In this document: positions 37,405-48,300 of the stretch, piece by piece
How the letters are laid out: each line of letters starts with the position of its first letter
Numbering within the stretch: position 1 is the stretch's first letter
DNA from: Takakia lepidozioides
Taxonomy: Eukaryota; Plantae; Bryophyta
Assembly (NCBI GenBank): GCA_030704615.1
Contig: CM060734.1
Span: 48,174,001 to 48,238,000 of the forward strand
Direction of reading: 5' to 3'
DNA length: 64,000 bases
Translations under genes and position numbers: made by a program
Notes under the pieces: generated by a model
What the model was told of the DNA's origin: nothing
The model's database searches: none
Seen by the model: the letters and a program-made list of their open reading frames with translations, nothing else

Positions 37405-38935
37405 TTCAACTTCCGCCACGAATTTCCATCCAGCAGGTAATTCGACTCCCGGATGGATGGAAATCCGGTGCCGAATTTCCATCAGCAGGTAAGTCGGATC
37501 GCTGGCGTTTGGATATTCGGCGCCGAATTTCCATTCGCCAGGTATTTCGAAGCGCTGAATTACCTTCCTGCAGGTAATTCTGAGCGCTGAATTACCTTCC
37601 TACAGGTAATTCTGAGCGTGTCACACGTTTTTCTTGGAATCCTTGACTGCTAGAGGCAAATCGGAACAGCCTCGGGCGGAAATTCGGCGCCGTTTTTCCA
37701 TTCTGGGAGGTTTCTGCGACTTCCTTTGAGGGGGCCCCGATGGAAATTCGGCGCCGAATTTCCATCCGGGGGATGGTCTCTGTCGGAGAGGTGCCGGCCT
37801 CTCCGCCGCTCTGTTGGATATTTGGTGCCGAATTTCCGTCCGGGGGTTGAAATATGACGGCCAGGTGCCGGCCTCTCCCACCTCCCCGACTGCATTGGAA
37901 CGGCCCCGGATGGAAATTCGGCGCCGTTTTTCCATCTGGGGAGGTTTTTACGACTTCCTTTGAGGGGGCCCCGATGGAAATTTGGCGCCGAATTTCCATC
38001 CGGGGGATGGTCTCTGTCGGAGAGGTGCCGGCCTCTCCGCCGCTCTGTTGGATATTCGGTGCCGAATTTCCGTCCGGGGGTTGAAATATGACGGCCAGGT
38101 GCCGGCCTCTCCCCCTCCCGACTGCATTGGAACGGCCCCGGATTGAAATTCGGCGCCGTTTTTCCATCTGGGGAGGTTTTTATGTCGGCCAGTTTTCGGT
38201 CTGACCCCCCGACACGACTTCCTTTGGGGGGGCCCGGATGGAAATTCGGCGCCGAATCTCCATCCAGGGGATGCTCTCTGTCGAACACGTGCCGACCTCT
38301 ACGCCCGAGGCGACTTCATCCGGGCGTCCCCTGTTGGATATTCGGTGCCGAATTTCCGTCCGGGGGTTGAAATGTGACGGCCAGGTGCCAGCCTCTCCCC
38401 CCTCCCCGACTGCATCCGAACCGCCCCGGATGGAAATTCGGCGCCGTTTTTCCATCTGGGGATGTTTTTATGCCGGCCAGTTTTCGGCCTGACCCCCCGA
38501 CACGACTTCCTTTGGGGGGGCCTGGATGGAAATTCGGCGTCGAATCTCCATCCAGGGGATGTTCTCTGTTGCACACGCGCCGGCCTCTGCGCCCGAGGCG
38601 ACTTCATCCGGGCTTCCCCTGTTGTATATTCGGTGCCGAATTTCCGTCCAGGGGTTGTAATGTGAGGGCCAGATGGCAGCCTTTCCCCCGAGCCGACTGC
38701 ATCCGAAAGGCCTCGGATGGAAATTCGGCGCCGTTTTTCCATCCGCATAGGTTTTTATGTCGGCCAGTTTTCGGCCTGACCCCCCGACAGGACTTCCTTT
38801 GGGGGGATCCGAATGGAAATTCGGCGCTGAATTTCCGTCCGGGGGATGTTCTCTGTCGGACAGGTGCCGGCATCTTTGCCCCAGACGACTTCATCCGTGC
38901 GGCCCCTGTTGGATATTGGGTGCCGAATTTCCATT
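37405..38935. repeat. Intergenic array of GGAWATTCGGYGCCGWWTTTCC palindromes in higher-order repeats (element A)
   Basis: Palindrome starts at 37459, 37511, 37678, 37742, 37816, 37912, 37976, 38050, 38144, 38240, 38336, 38432, 38528, 38624, 38719, 38815, 38911. Confidence 0.92.
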
Positions 38936-39238
38936 CGGGGGTAGTAATGTGACGGCACGGTGCCGGCTTCTCCCCTTCAGCTGTCATCATCCGGACGGCC
39001 CCCCACTTTCTGACTGCATACCGTTGGCAGTTATTGCGCAAAGACCAGGGGCCGCATTCCGGAGACAAGGTTCATTAACACTCTGACTGTGGATTTTTGA
39101 GATAGTTGGCTCCCTGGATTTGGATCAGGCTTCGTCGCTCGGACAAATCGGCACCGCATTCCTTCCCATCGGTGCATCCCCCTTCTACCAAGGAGCTTCC
39201 CCGCACGCCATCCTGGCAGTCTTGTGTGCACATCTCCC

Positions 39239-41966
39239 ATGGCGGAAAACCCGAGCGCTACAGTGTACTGCCCTCCTCACGAGCATAGAGCTTCATTTCC
39301 GTGCAGAGGGGACATCTGCCGGGTGATGGAGAAATATCTGTGCGTTCGATACCACCTGAAACCGGGGTCGGTTTTTTTGGAGGAGGAAAGGAAGGACTCA
39401 AACGGCCTTGTTGTCGAGAGTATTGTTGTGCTCCACGATGATTTTGGCGATGGCAAGGAATGGCGAGTTCCACCATCGGACAGCGTCATATACAGGGCTG
39501 TTGGGGACTTCATTTGCCCGCCAAATGCACCTTCTATCCTGGCGCCTTCCACGAAACAATCCGCGAATCAGAGAGTGGCTACCTCAAAGAGAGAAGTCCG
39601 CAACGAAGTAAATCCAGAGCCGAACCCATCCATGAAGACGAGCGAGAACCGGGTTGTTCACAACCTGTCCGACTCAGACGAGGTCATGGAAGTTCCGAGG
39701 TCGTCCTGGAGATCAGGCAAGTCCTCAATGGACGTCAGTGGAGGAGGGAGTCATATTCCCAGCACGAGCACCGCAGTTTGATCTATTCTTGAAATTCTGC
39801 GAGGGCTTCACCTGGAGGGACACCGGTCGGAGCTGGCCGGGATGGACTGCAGTAAGTTCACAATTAAATCGGTTACATGCCTTCCCGCCGACATCGACGG
39901 TAATATCTTCTTTGAGTTCCCTCCTCGGGCGGACTACTCGAGGGCGTCCGGAATGTTGACAGATATGGATAGAAAACATGACGGTCATCCTTGGTGCGTT
40001 ACCAAAACCACCAGCATGAAGATGCTCGATGGTGTGCGGGTGCGCTACGTTGTTTGTGCGGGCGCGTTGCGGTGTTTCTCCCCAATTTGCTTCCACTTTA
40101 AATCCAGAGGTCACAGGAACGAGACCGATTGGACAGGCACACCTCATCAACCATTTCGAGCTCAGGAGAAGGTTCCGAACTCCACATTTAAGTGTGCGCA
40201 TTGCAAAGAACCACCACACTGCATGTCTGTTTGTAATGCCAAGCAGTTCTATGTGTTGCACCGTTTCCCTGACCTCACCCAAGCTTGCATACACGTTGGT
40301 TCCCATTGTCACAAATTGGCGAGGGGGAACTCGCGGGAGGCTACCCACGAAGCAGAGCAGCTCGTTCAGGAGGAGGTTAAGTTGAGACCGGGTGCCAAAC
40401 CCAAACGGATACAGCTCCAAGCCGCCCATAAGATGGCATTGGCCAGAATTATGTCGGAAGACGGCTCCGATAGAGTTCCTCTCGACGAGAAGGAAATGGA
40501 GGCATTGCTGGAGTCGGTGTCCCACGTATGTTCACCGAATGTCCGAAACCACATTGTCTCATGCAAACAGAAAATTGGGCGTGGCTCGGATATGCACTCC
40601 ATTCTGGAGGTGAAGCGACGATGTGGATATGACTACATTCATGGAAGTAGGTTTCCAGGACAAGGGACTGAGGCAGATCGTTGTTTCGTATTCAAAATGT
40701 CCACGTGTGGACCTGGCAGCGGCGTCGAACTGGTCGACAGGATGACGAGTGGGGACTTGTCAAACAGTTGGGTCATGTTCGACCATATCAAGCGAATTAC
40801 AAATCACCAGTGGGTGACAATGGGTGCACATGTCTACGACTGCAGGATGATAATGACAATTGCTATTTGTGAGATGAAAGGAGAGGACACACAATCGGAG
40901 ATGCTTCTTTGGCAGGGAATAAACGAACAGATGGCCAAGGCGGGATTGCCCCCTCCCAATTTCCGTGGTTTCATGGCGGACAATGCACAAGCAAATTGGG
41001 CTGCCATCCGAAGGGTGTACGGGCAAGACCCCAATGTTCCCATGGAAGGCAAGGAGAGATCTTGTGGGTTCCATTTTCTGCAGAGCCTTTCGCAGTACAC
41101 AACCAGGCTCGTGGCGCCAGATTTCAGAGAGGAGCACCGTTCCATGTGCATTGCGTGGAAGCGCGCTCCCACCTTGGATGATGCAGAGACACAGTTTGCA
41201 TGTATACGGGCTTGGTGGACATCGTCAGGTGCTGTAAGGAAATCAGACGAGGGAGCAATGGTCAGTTGGCTAGCATGGTGGCATTATCGTTTCCTCTAGT
41301 TCGGCGACTATATGCGGGAGGTGAGTTGCACAAATTCGCGTCCCGTTGAATATTATTCTTGGCCATATTTGTAACTTGCTTGTAACCTCAACATGTGCTT
41401 GTGCAGGAAATGTGTCTCGACTCCGACACCGACATGCCCACGACAAACATGGCCGAATCAGTGCACTCTTCCTGGCGTGCCTCCTCTGCGGCGCATCTGG
41501 TGGACATCCTCACTGCCACAACGGAGGACATTGTGAGGTCAATTATGCAACAATGCAGGTACAACGAGTTCTTGAAGGGAAACAGTGGGGCTTGGGGCCG
41601 GACAGGCAGGAAATGCTGATGCGGACTGCCTGTAGATCGAAGAATCCTCGGAAGTGGGTGGCGGCCTTGCGAGAGGGCCTTCGGGACACACCATTGCTGC
41701 GAAGAGGCCAATATTTGGAAGGAGATGTTCATACCCGTCCAGTGAGACAAAGACTTGACGAGGCACCTGGCGGAGAAGAGGATTCATGGCAAGCTGACAA
41801 GAATATTTGCACGCTCCCTTGTGGTCCGGTGATGTTGCCCGAGGAGGTCTCGTCGAGCACCGCAAGTCCTGCACGTTCAAGATCGCCATCTCCTTTGAGT
41901 ACAGGGCGCGTGCCCCAGCAACATAACGAGCCATCTGTAGTAAAGCAGTACAACATTCCCATTGTG
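39239..41966 (+). pseudogene. MULE-like transposase of element A (stops at 39779 and 41297, intron 41321-41406), truncated by B
   Basis: Same motifs as 48-3188 plus an N-terminal domain MAENPSATVYCPP... that is conserved with B. Confidence 0.88.
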
Positions 41967-42018
41967 GGGGGCTGCTATTTCATGAGCCATGAGCCATGAG
42001 CGGCATGAGCCATGAGCA
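41967..42018 (+). repeat. Left TIR and CATGAGC sub-terminal repeats of B
   Basis: gggggctgctatttcatgagccatgagccatgagcggcatgagccatgagc. Confidence 0.85.
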
Positions 42019-42429
42019 GAGTCGTAAGTGTGGAAAAAAACATGAGCAGCACTATGTTCCAGAAATGAGTGTCCGCGGTAATAGGGTTTAGGGTGCCACG
42101 GTCATAGGGGGAGAAGGACCTCCCGATGAAGGAGGTTTGGCAATGTTATTTAGAATTATATATTGAAAGGCAATGTTTCGCGAATGGAAGGGTGTTACTG
42201 CTCTGTACAATGGGGGCCCATTTCAGCCTACCAGCCACTTGCAAAATCCACCCACACTCCCAATCCCAAACGAAATGAGCAATGACGCATTCTCGGAACG
42301 ATGGACACATAATAGAATAAAAAGAGGGCACAATGAGGTTTTTATTGATCCACATGAATTGCATTTGAAGCACGTCTACTGTGCTGATTGTGCAATCAAA
42401 TCTTTAGCCCTGTGCCTACTGAATACAAG

Positions 42430-42993
42430 TCACGTTGTCAATGGGACTTCGACTGCTCTCAGAACTAGCTCATGAGTCGTGGGGCTCCTCCAGGTAAAGT
42501 CGATTGCAGCCGTTGTACCGCCCCTAGTGATGTTCACCACAATGTCCTGCCCTTCAATCATACCACCATCGAATATGGAAATCTTCACGTTTTCGTCGTC
42601 CACACCAATGCGAATGTCCCCATACAATGGAGAAGAGGAGCGCACTCCTTGAGGAGAATAGGTCTCTCCGATGGAGTCCACCCACGTCCAGTGGCAACAG
42701 TTCCACCGCAACAGCATAGCAGTGCGCCTTCTTCTGCATGGGTGACCGTCATAGCTGGGAAAATCGGAATCGAGGATGCGCAGGAGCCACGGACTCCTCA
42801 GACCAAGATCGTCACCCCGCTCGAAGGCGTAGTGGCCTAGGATATACTCAAAAGCCACCAATGTTTCCACAATCGAACCAGTATCTTCTCTGTAATCTGT
42901 GTACCAGATAACAATGTCTCCCGATGTGGCCGAATACATTGCATAATCGATGCCTCCAAATGGGCAGTCGTCCCGGTTCCGGAAGCACGGCAT
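42430..42993 (-). CDS. Orphan ORF-X (~187 aa), element B copy
   Basis: Intact and near-identical to 20005-20568. Confidence 0.7.
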   Translation of the reverse strand: MPCFRNRDDCPFGGIDYAMYSATSGDIVIWYTDYREDTGSIVETLVAFEYILGHYAFERGDDLGLRSPWLLRILDSDFPSYDGHPCRRRRTAMLLRWNCCHWTWVDSIGETYSPQGVRSSSPLYGDIRIGVDDENVKISIFDGGMIEGQDIVVNITRGGTTAAIDFTWRSPTTHELVLRAVEVPLTT

Positions 42994-43548
42994 CCTTGCA
43001 AAGGAGGACCTGAGGACGACTTGGATGCCGATGACAATGACCTTGCGGACAGCTACGAAGCCCTTAGATTTTGGAAATGATGCGAAGCGGAAGAGCAGTC
43101 CGGCCTCCAATAATGGAGCATCTGGGTCCCACGTACCCACCGACGGAGGTGGAACGTGTTCATCATGCCAGCGGTGGATGAACCCATACATCTTTATCAT
43201 CAACAAGTTATAGTTTGAGATCTGCCACCGAAGTCCATCCCCCCGGATGGAAATTCGGCGCCGCATTTACATCGAAGAGGGGATGGACTTCGTCGTGTCC
43301 AGTGGCTATCGGCCCACCTGGCAGTGACTGCCCATAGTTTGCATGGCAAGGTAGGAAACTAAACGGCTACATTCATGCAGCAGCCAATCTTCATCGGTCC
43401 AGGATCCTGTAGGGGGGAAATTTAAATGTGCCCTGGAGTGTTTGTGAGGAATTGCAGCGTTAGCTTGAACTTTTTCCAGCCACCGCGCTGCTCCTCCTCC
43501 ATCCGGGAGCTGCTGTCATTGAGCGTACTCCGCTACTCTTTTTCAAGG

Positions 43549-44127
43549 ATGTCGTGCCGCCGAAATCCAACCGACTGCCCTTATCATGGCCACGATTATG
43601 CTATGTTCAAACCAGAATCAGGAGACATCATTGTCTGGCTCTCTGTTTTCACAGACGCTGCTGGAATCAAGCAAGAGTCTTTGCGCGCAATGGAGTATCT
43701 GGAGGGCTATTACCGCTTTGAGCGAGGTGAGGGCGAGGGTCAATGCGGTCCGTGGGTCCTGAAAATTGTTGACCTCGATATACCAAGCTGGAAAGGGATG
43801 CCGGACAGATCACGCACGGCCTCACTTTGGCGCTGGAACTGCTGCCAGTGGACCAGGGAGGACGGCACCGGGGAAAACTATATACGTGCAGATCACTCCG
43901 CTCTTCCAGTGTATGGAGACATTCGGCTGAGTTGGGAAGACGAATCGCACGGGCACATGAGGCCCACAGTGACCTTGTCAATGTATGATGGTGGTATCAT
44001 TGATGGACATGACATTGTCGTCGGCTCCAGCAAGGGCAGCAGAACGACCAAATTGCAGTTTACCTCGAGGTGCCGCAGCAGTAATGAGCTTGTTTTGAGG
44101 GGTATCGAAGTTCCGTCGACTTGGTGA
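43549..44127 (+). CDS. Orphan ORF-Y (~192 aa), element B copy
   Basis: Intact and near-identical to 18871-19449. Confidence 0.7.
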   Translation: MSCRRNPTDCPYHGHDYAMFKPESGDIIVWLSVFTDAAGIKQESLRAMEYLEGYYRFERGEGEGQCGPWVLKIVDLDIPSWKGMPDRSRTASLWRWNCCQWTREDGTGENYIRADHSALPVYGDIRLSWEDESHGHMRPTVTLSMYDGGIIDGHDIVVGSSKGSRTTKLQFTSRCRSSNELVLRGIEVPSTW

Positions 44128-44382
44128 AGCCCATGTAGAAGGAGGAAGGGCTTAGTTTTGTCTACAGTTGGTAAATGTGAGACATCGTGTCCGATCAATA
44201 AACCCATCGTACCTCACTTCTGTATGATTGTGTTTCATTCTGTTGAATAACTGTCAGAATTGGCCCACTGTTTACAATTTGATGTCTCATTTCTACAATG
44301 TGTCTGTCCGGATGAATATACCAGAGTAACCGGTATGAGAGTCATGTGTCAAGAATATACCAGAGTAACACCATATCGGCAT

Positions 44383-45171
44383 CGAAATGCGGCACCGCAT
44401 TTCCATGTCGGACATTGGAATGCGGTGCCACATTTCCATGTCGGACAAGGAAATGCGGTGCCGCATTTCAATGCCAACATGGAAATGAATGAACCGCATT
44501 TTAGTGTCGGACAATGGAATGCGGTGCATCATTTCCGTCCAGGTACACGAAATACCAACACGGGTCTATAAATTGGACAGACAACGAGGTTGGCATTGCA
44601 AATGCGGCGACGCATTTCCAGCTTGGCAATGGAAACTTTTTTTGGACAAGGGAATGCGGTGCCGCATTTCCGTCCAACACTTCGAAAAGTGTGACATTTC
44701 CGACCAGCGCGATGGAATGCGTTACCGCATTTCCGTGAGAGGGTCTGCAAATGGACAAATTGCGATGTCCGTTCTGGAAATGCGGCGCCGCATTTCCATG
44801 TCCGTCATCGACTTTTTTTTTACAATGGAATGCGGTGCCAATTTTTGCTGATGGGCCTGCAGTTCGAACAACGACCATCCCCAATATGGAAATGCGGCAC
44901 CGCATTTCCAATTCCGCCATCTCGACCTCCTTGTTCGACCTCTGTAAGCGTGGTGGCATCCATGCAATGAGCGGGAGAGGCCAAAACTGGCGTGTGGACA
45001 AAGGAAATTTTGGAAATGCGGCACCGCATTTCCAATCGGCCGATTACTTTTTACTATGCCAACATTGAAATGGAAAATTTAGTCCCTCCCCTGTTTTGGA
45101 AATGCGGTGCCGCATTTCCAAAAGAGGTTTTTAGAGTTGCCAAAATTTTGGAAATGCGGTGCCCCATTTCT
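44383..45171. repeat. B-type palindrome array between ORF-Y and the 3' end of the ParB-MTase gene
   Basis: ~14 copies with spacings of about 33, 33, 32, 34, 83, 52, 63, 63, 50, 62, 124, 86 and 52 bp. Confidence 0.9.
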
Positions 45172-45307
45172 GATTTTGAGAGCGTCGTGGTTTGGGCGAT
45201 TGTGTGGCTGGAATGCACACTGGAGAGGGGTCACGAATGTCGGGGAGAATTTCCTTTATATACTCTGGAAGAGAATTTACATTTACAGAGACTTCATTAA
45301 AATTCTA

Positions 45308-48300
45308 TTAATCTTGAAAATCATCCGAATCCTCATCCTGTTCTAGACTGTCCTGCTCCGCCTCCACCCCCTCATTGTCTTTCTCATCTCCAGCGGACTG
45401 CTCGTTGGCCAGGCTTTCGAAAATCCCATCTTCCCCTTGCGGAACTGTCCATCTCACCTCCGTTGGGTCGTCTTCCTCCCTGTCTGCGTCGCTCTCATCC
45501 GCTGAATCACATATGTACTTTCGTACCCGTCTACCTGTCTGAGCTGCTGCCAACTCTTTCCTTATCCTTCTGTCCTCCCTAGCCCTCTCCAAAATCTGCT
45601 CTACTTACTGGGATTCTCACTTCTTCTAATCGCTGTATTTGCGAGTTTAGCTGCATAACTAGGAAGGGAGTAGTCCTTCACCGGGCTCGTTATGAAGTCG
45701 GCCCTCGCAAAGAACGGGACATTCTTCCTGGCAGGAAGTGTAGGCCCTACATGTTTCGACCCGGACCCTGCAATCCTGCACATGACAATCATCAACGAGA
45801 CTAATGAGAACCACAGTCCGGAAATTTGTTTGACAAAAATGACCCAGAAGGCTTTGCAAACTTACAATGTTTGCACTAACTCGTATTCCGGGTTCTCCTC
45901 CGCATCAATGTCCACTGTGTCTTCCTCGGACTCCGACGAATCCGAGGAGACTTCCGCTCTGTTGGGAGCCTTAACATTCCGTTGCAGCCCTTCCAGATGG
46001 GATCCCCACACGGATGAATCCTCCTCGTAGGCAAAGAGGTGCCGGTCGGAAAACCGCCCAGCCCACATTGAGGCACCTGTTACAATGCCATCCACACATT
46101 ACAACATGGCGCTCCAGATGTTGCGAACTACATCCTAACGAGAATTTGCAGAACAGCATAGATCAAGATTCTGCATACCTGTCCCACAGATGAGGTCGAG
46201 CACTGTGCCCTCCACGTCTGTGCATGTCTCTATAATTGTCTGAATGAAGGCAGGGCTCCGAGTCCGTGAGTACCGCAGGGGTTCCGTTGAAGTGAGGCTA
46301 TGAGAGAGAAGTTCCTTGGGAACGTTGTTGAACAGAACGTCGTAATCGAGGGGGTCGCAGTTCGGGTCAACCTTTCCTCCCTCCTTCCGGAAAGCAAAGG
46401 TGGAGTTCTCCTTCACAAAGCAGTATGCATCGAACTGCTTCGTCTGCATACACAGGGGGGAACGATTAGAAACCGAATGCGGCACCGCATTTGAAAACAC
46501 CCAAGCAAATGAATGGACGAGTGCCAGTGTCGTAATCACCTTCTTCCCTTCCGACCGAAGGCCCAGTGTGTTGATGCACGTCCACTTCTTTTTCAGAATC
46601 GGTATGGCGCTCTTGCGGGTCCACTTCGCAATTCCTGTCTGAGTGTTTTTTTCTCTGCTCGCCAGGACAACCACACAGCCTCTGTCGTCCAACACCATGC
46701 GGGCAAGCCCGAATCCTTTCTTCCAAAAGTCCTCCGAGTACCTGTTCCAAGATGGCAAAGCTTGCAGTCCTTCCACGGGCTCTCCGTCCGGAATATCCAA
46801 GATGATCATATCGCAAGACCACTCGGTGGCATTTCCGCCCCTCCTACAATCCTTGTCTGCACACACCCTCTCAAAGAACGAGACCATATTCTGAAATCCT
46901 GGGGTGTCGGAAGGCTCTTCGGCAGTCGCCTTCTTCAGTGCTCTGCCCTTCAGACCCTCCATGGTCTTCATGTATGCCAACTTGGCTGCCCGTCCATCCA
47001 AAGCCGCCAAGAAACTCTCATTTACACACTGGACTACTGTTTCGGGAGCCACTTTTGGCCTCTTCATTTCCACCGGCTCGAAAGGGTGCCCCCTGGGGGG
47101 TTGAAGAGTGCCTTCTTTGCCGAGCCAGTTCTCGTGCCTCTCGTGACAACGGTGGGCACAGGGGAGGTAGCCTGGGTTTGGGGGGGGTGGGCTGGTTGCA
47201 AAGTCTCCATCGGAGTCCTCTTCCTCACCCTCTTCCTGAACAGGCTGTTTCTGCTTCTTCGTTTTGGCGGGTGTCACAACAGCTGCTCCTTGCTGGCGAG
47301 TCCTCTTCTTCGACCCCTTCTGTTGGGCCTGCACAGCTGCATCCACCGTCTTTTGTGCCATCTCAGCTGCCTTTCTGGATTCTTCCAGAGCAGCAGATTC
47401 CTTTGCCGACCAGCAGGGACACGTCTTTCCTTTCTCTTCTCTTCTGCCAAGGCGTGCAGATCTTTCTCAGACTCGTCAACAATACCTCCAGACATATCCA
47501 GGTACCAGGGGCATCCAACGAGATGCGCGGGATGCCATTGTTTCTGCATCTCGGGTGTGTAGACACAGCTTGGGCCCGCCACAGTCCAAGCCATGAAGAA
47601 CGGGGGCTCTTGAGCCAGGGCCCCTGTCTGAAGGAGCACGTATTTCATATACCTGCAAGGCAGTCAGCATGCGTGAGCATAAGATTGGACGAACCTACTC
47701 GCAGAGTGCCACCAAAAACATAAAATGTGAATGCGGTGCCGCATTTCCGAGACAAACCTCGTAACCAGGCTTCGCATACAAGGGCAGCTATGCTTCACCT
47801 GTAAACAATTCGCATTGCAGCTTTCCCCGCTCCCTCCTGATGTGTAAACTCCACGCTCTTTCTTGCTATCTGTAGCTCTTTGGCGAAAGGTTGTCCTTGT
47901 ACGCACATCTGAAACGTGTCACGTAGTCTTCCAATGTCTGTGTTCCATCCCATTTGACGTACAAGCCGAACGAATTTGTGTGCATTACGACTTGCTCCTT
48001 CGCATTCGACATTACTTGCGATTCCCAAATGCATTGTCACGTAGCAGTTCAGGGAATTCATTTCAGAAAAGCAAATCTGGGGAAGTACCTTGAATTACCT
48101 GGAACCACCAAGTCATGCGGTTGAGCCACACATCCACTGCAGGGTCGGAAACTTCGAGTGGAAAAGACCACATTGTCCTTATGCTCTCGGATGCATTCCA
48201 GATCGACAGCCACCGTGTCTGCCATTTCCGATCCAATGTCAGGAGCTGGAAGAGAGTGGCTATTGCTAAGAAGGAACTTCAGTGCATTGAAACCTCACCT

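Larger units (their letters stand above)
30623..41966 (+). mobile_element. Element A: large MULE-like DNA transposon (left TIR, ParB-MTase gene, palindrome array, transposase); 3' end replaced by element B
   Basis: Starts GGGGGCTGCTATTTCATGAGC, identical to the B left end, with CATGAGC repeats. Gene order matches B. Confidence 0.85.

Noticed and set aside
37592-39086. ORFs rich in MEIRRRISI / GNSAPNF / KCGAAF repeats (also 18.0-18.7, 44.3-45.3 and 50.8-52.3 kb)
   Set aside because: They are translations of the palindrome arrays, open on both strands; not credible proteins.
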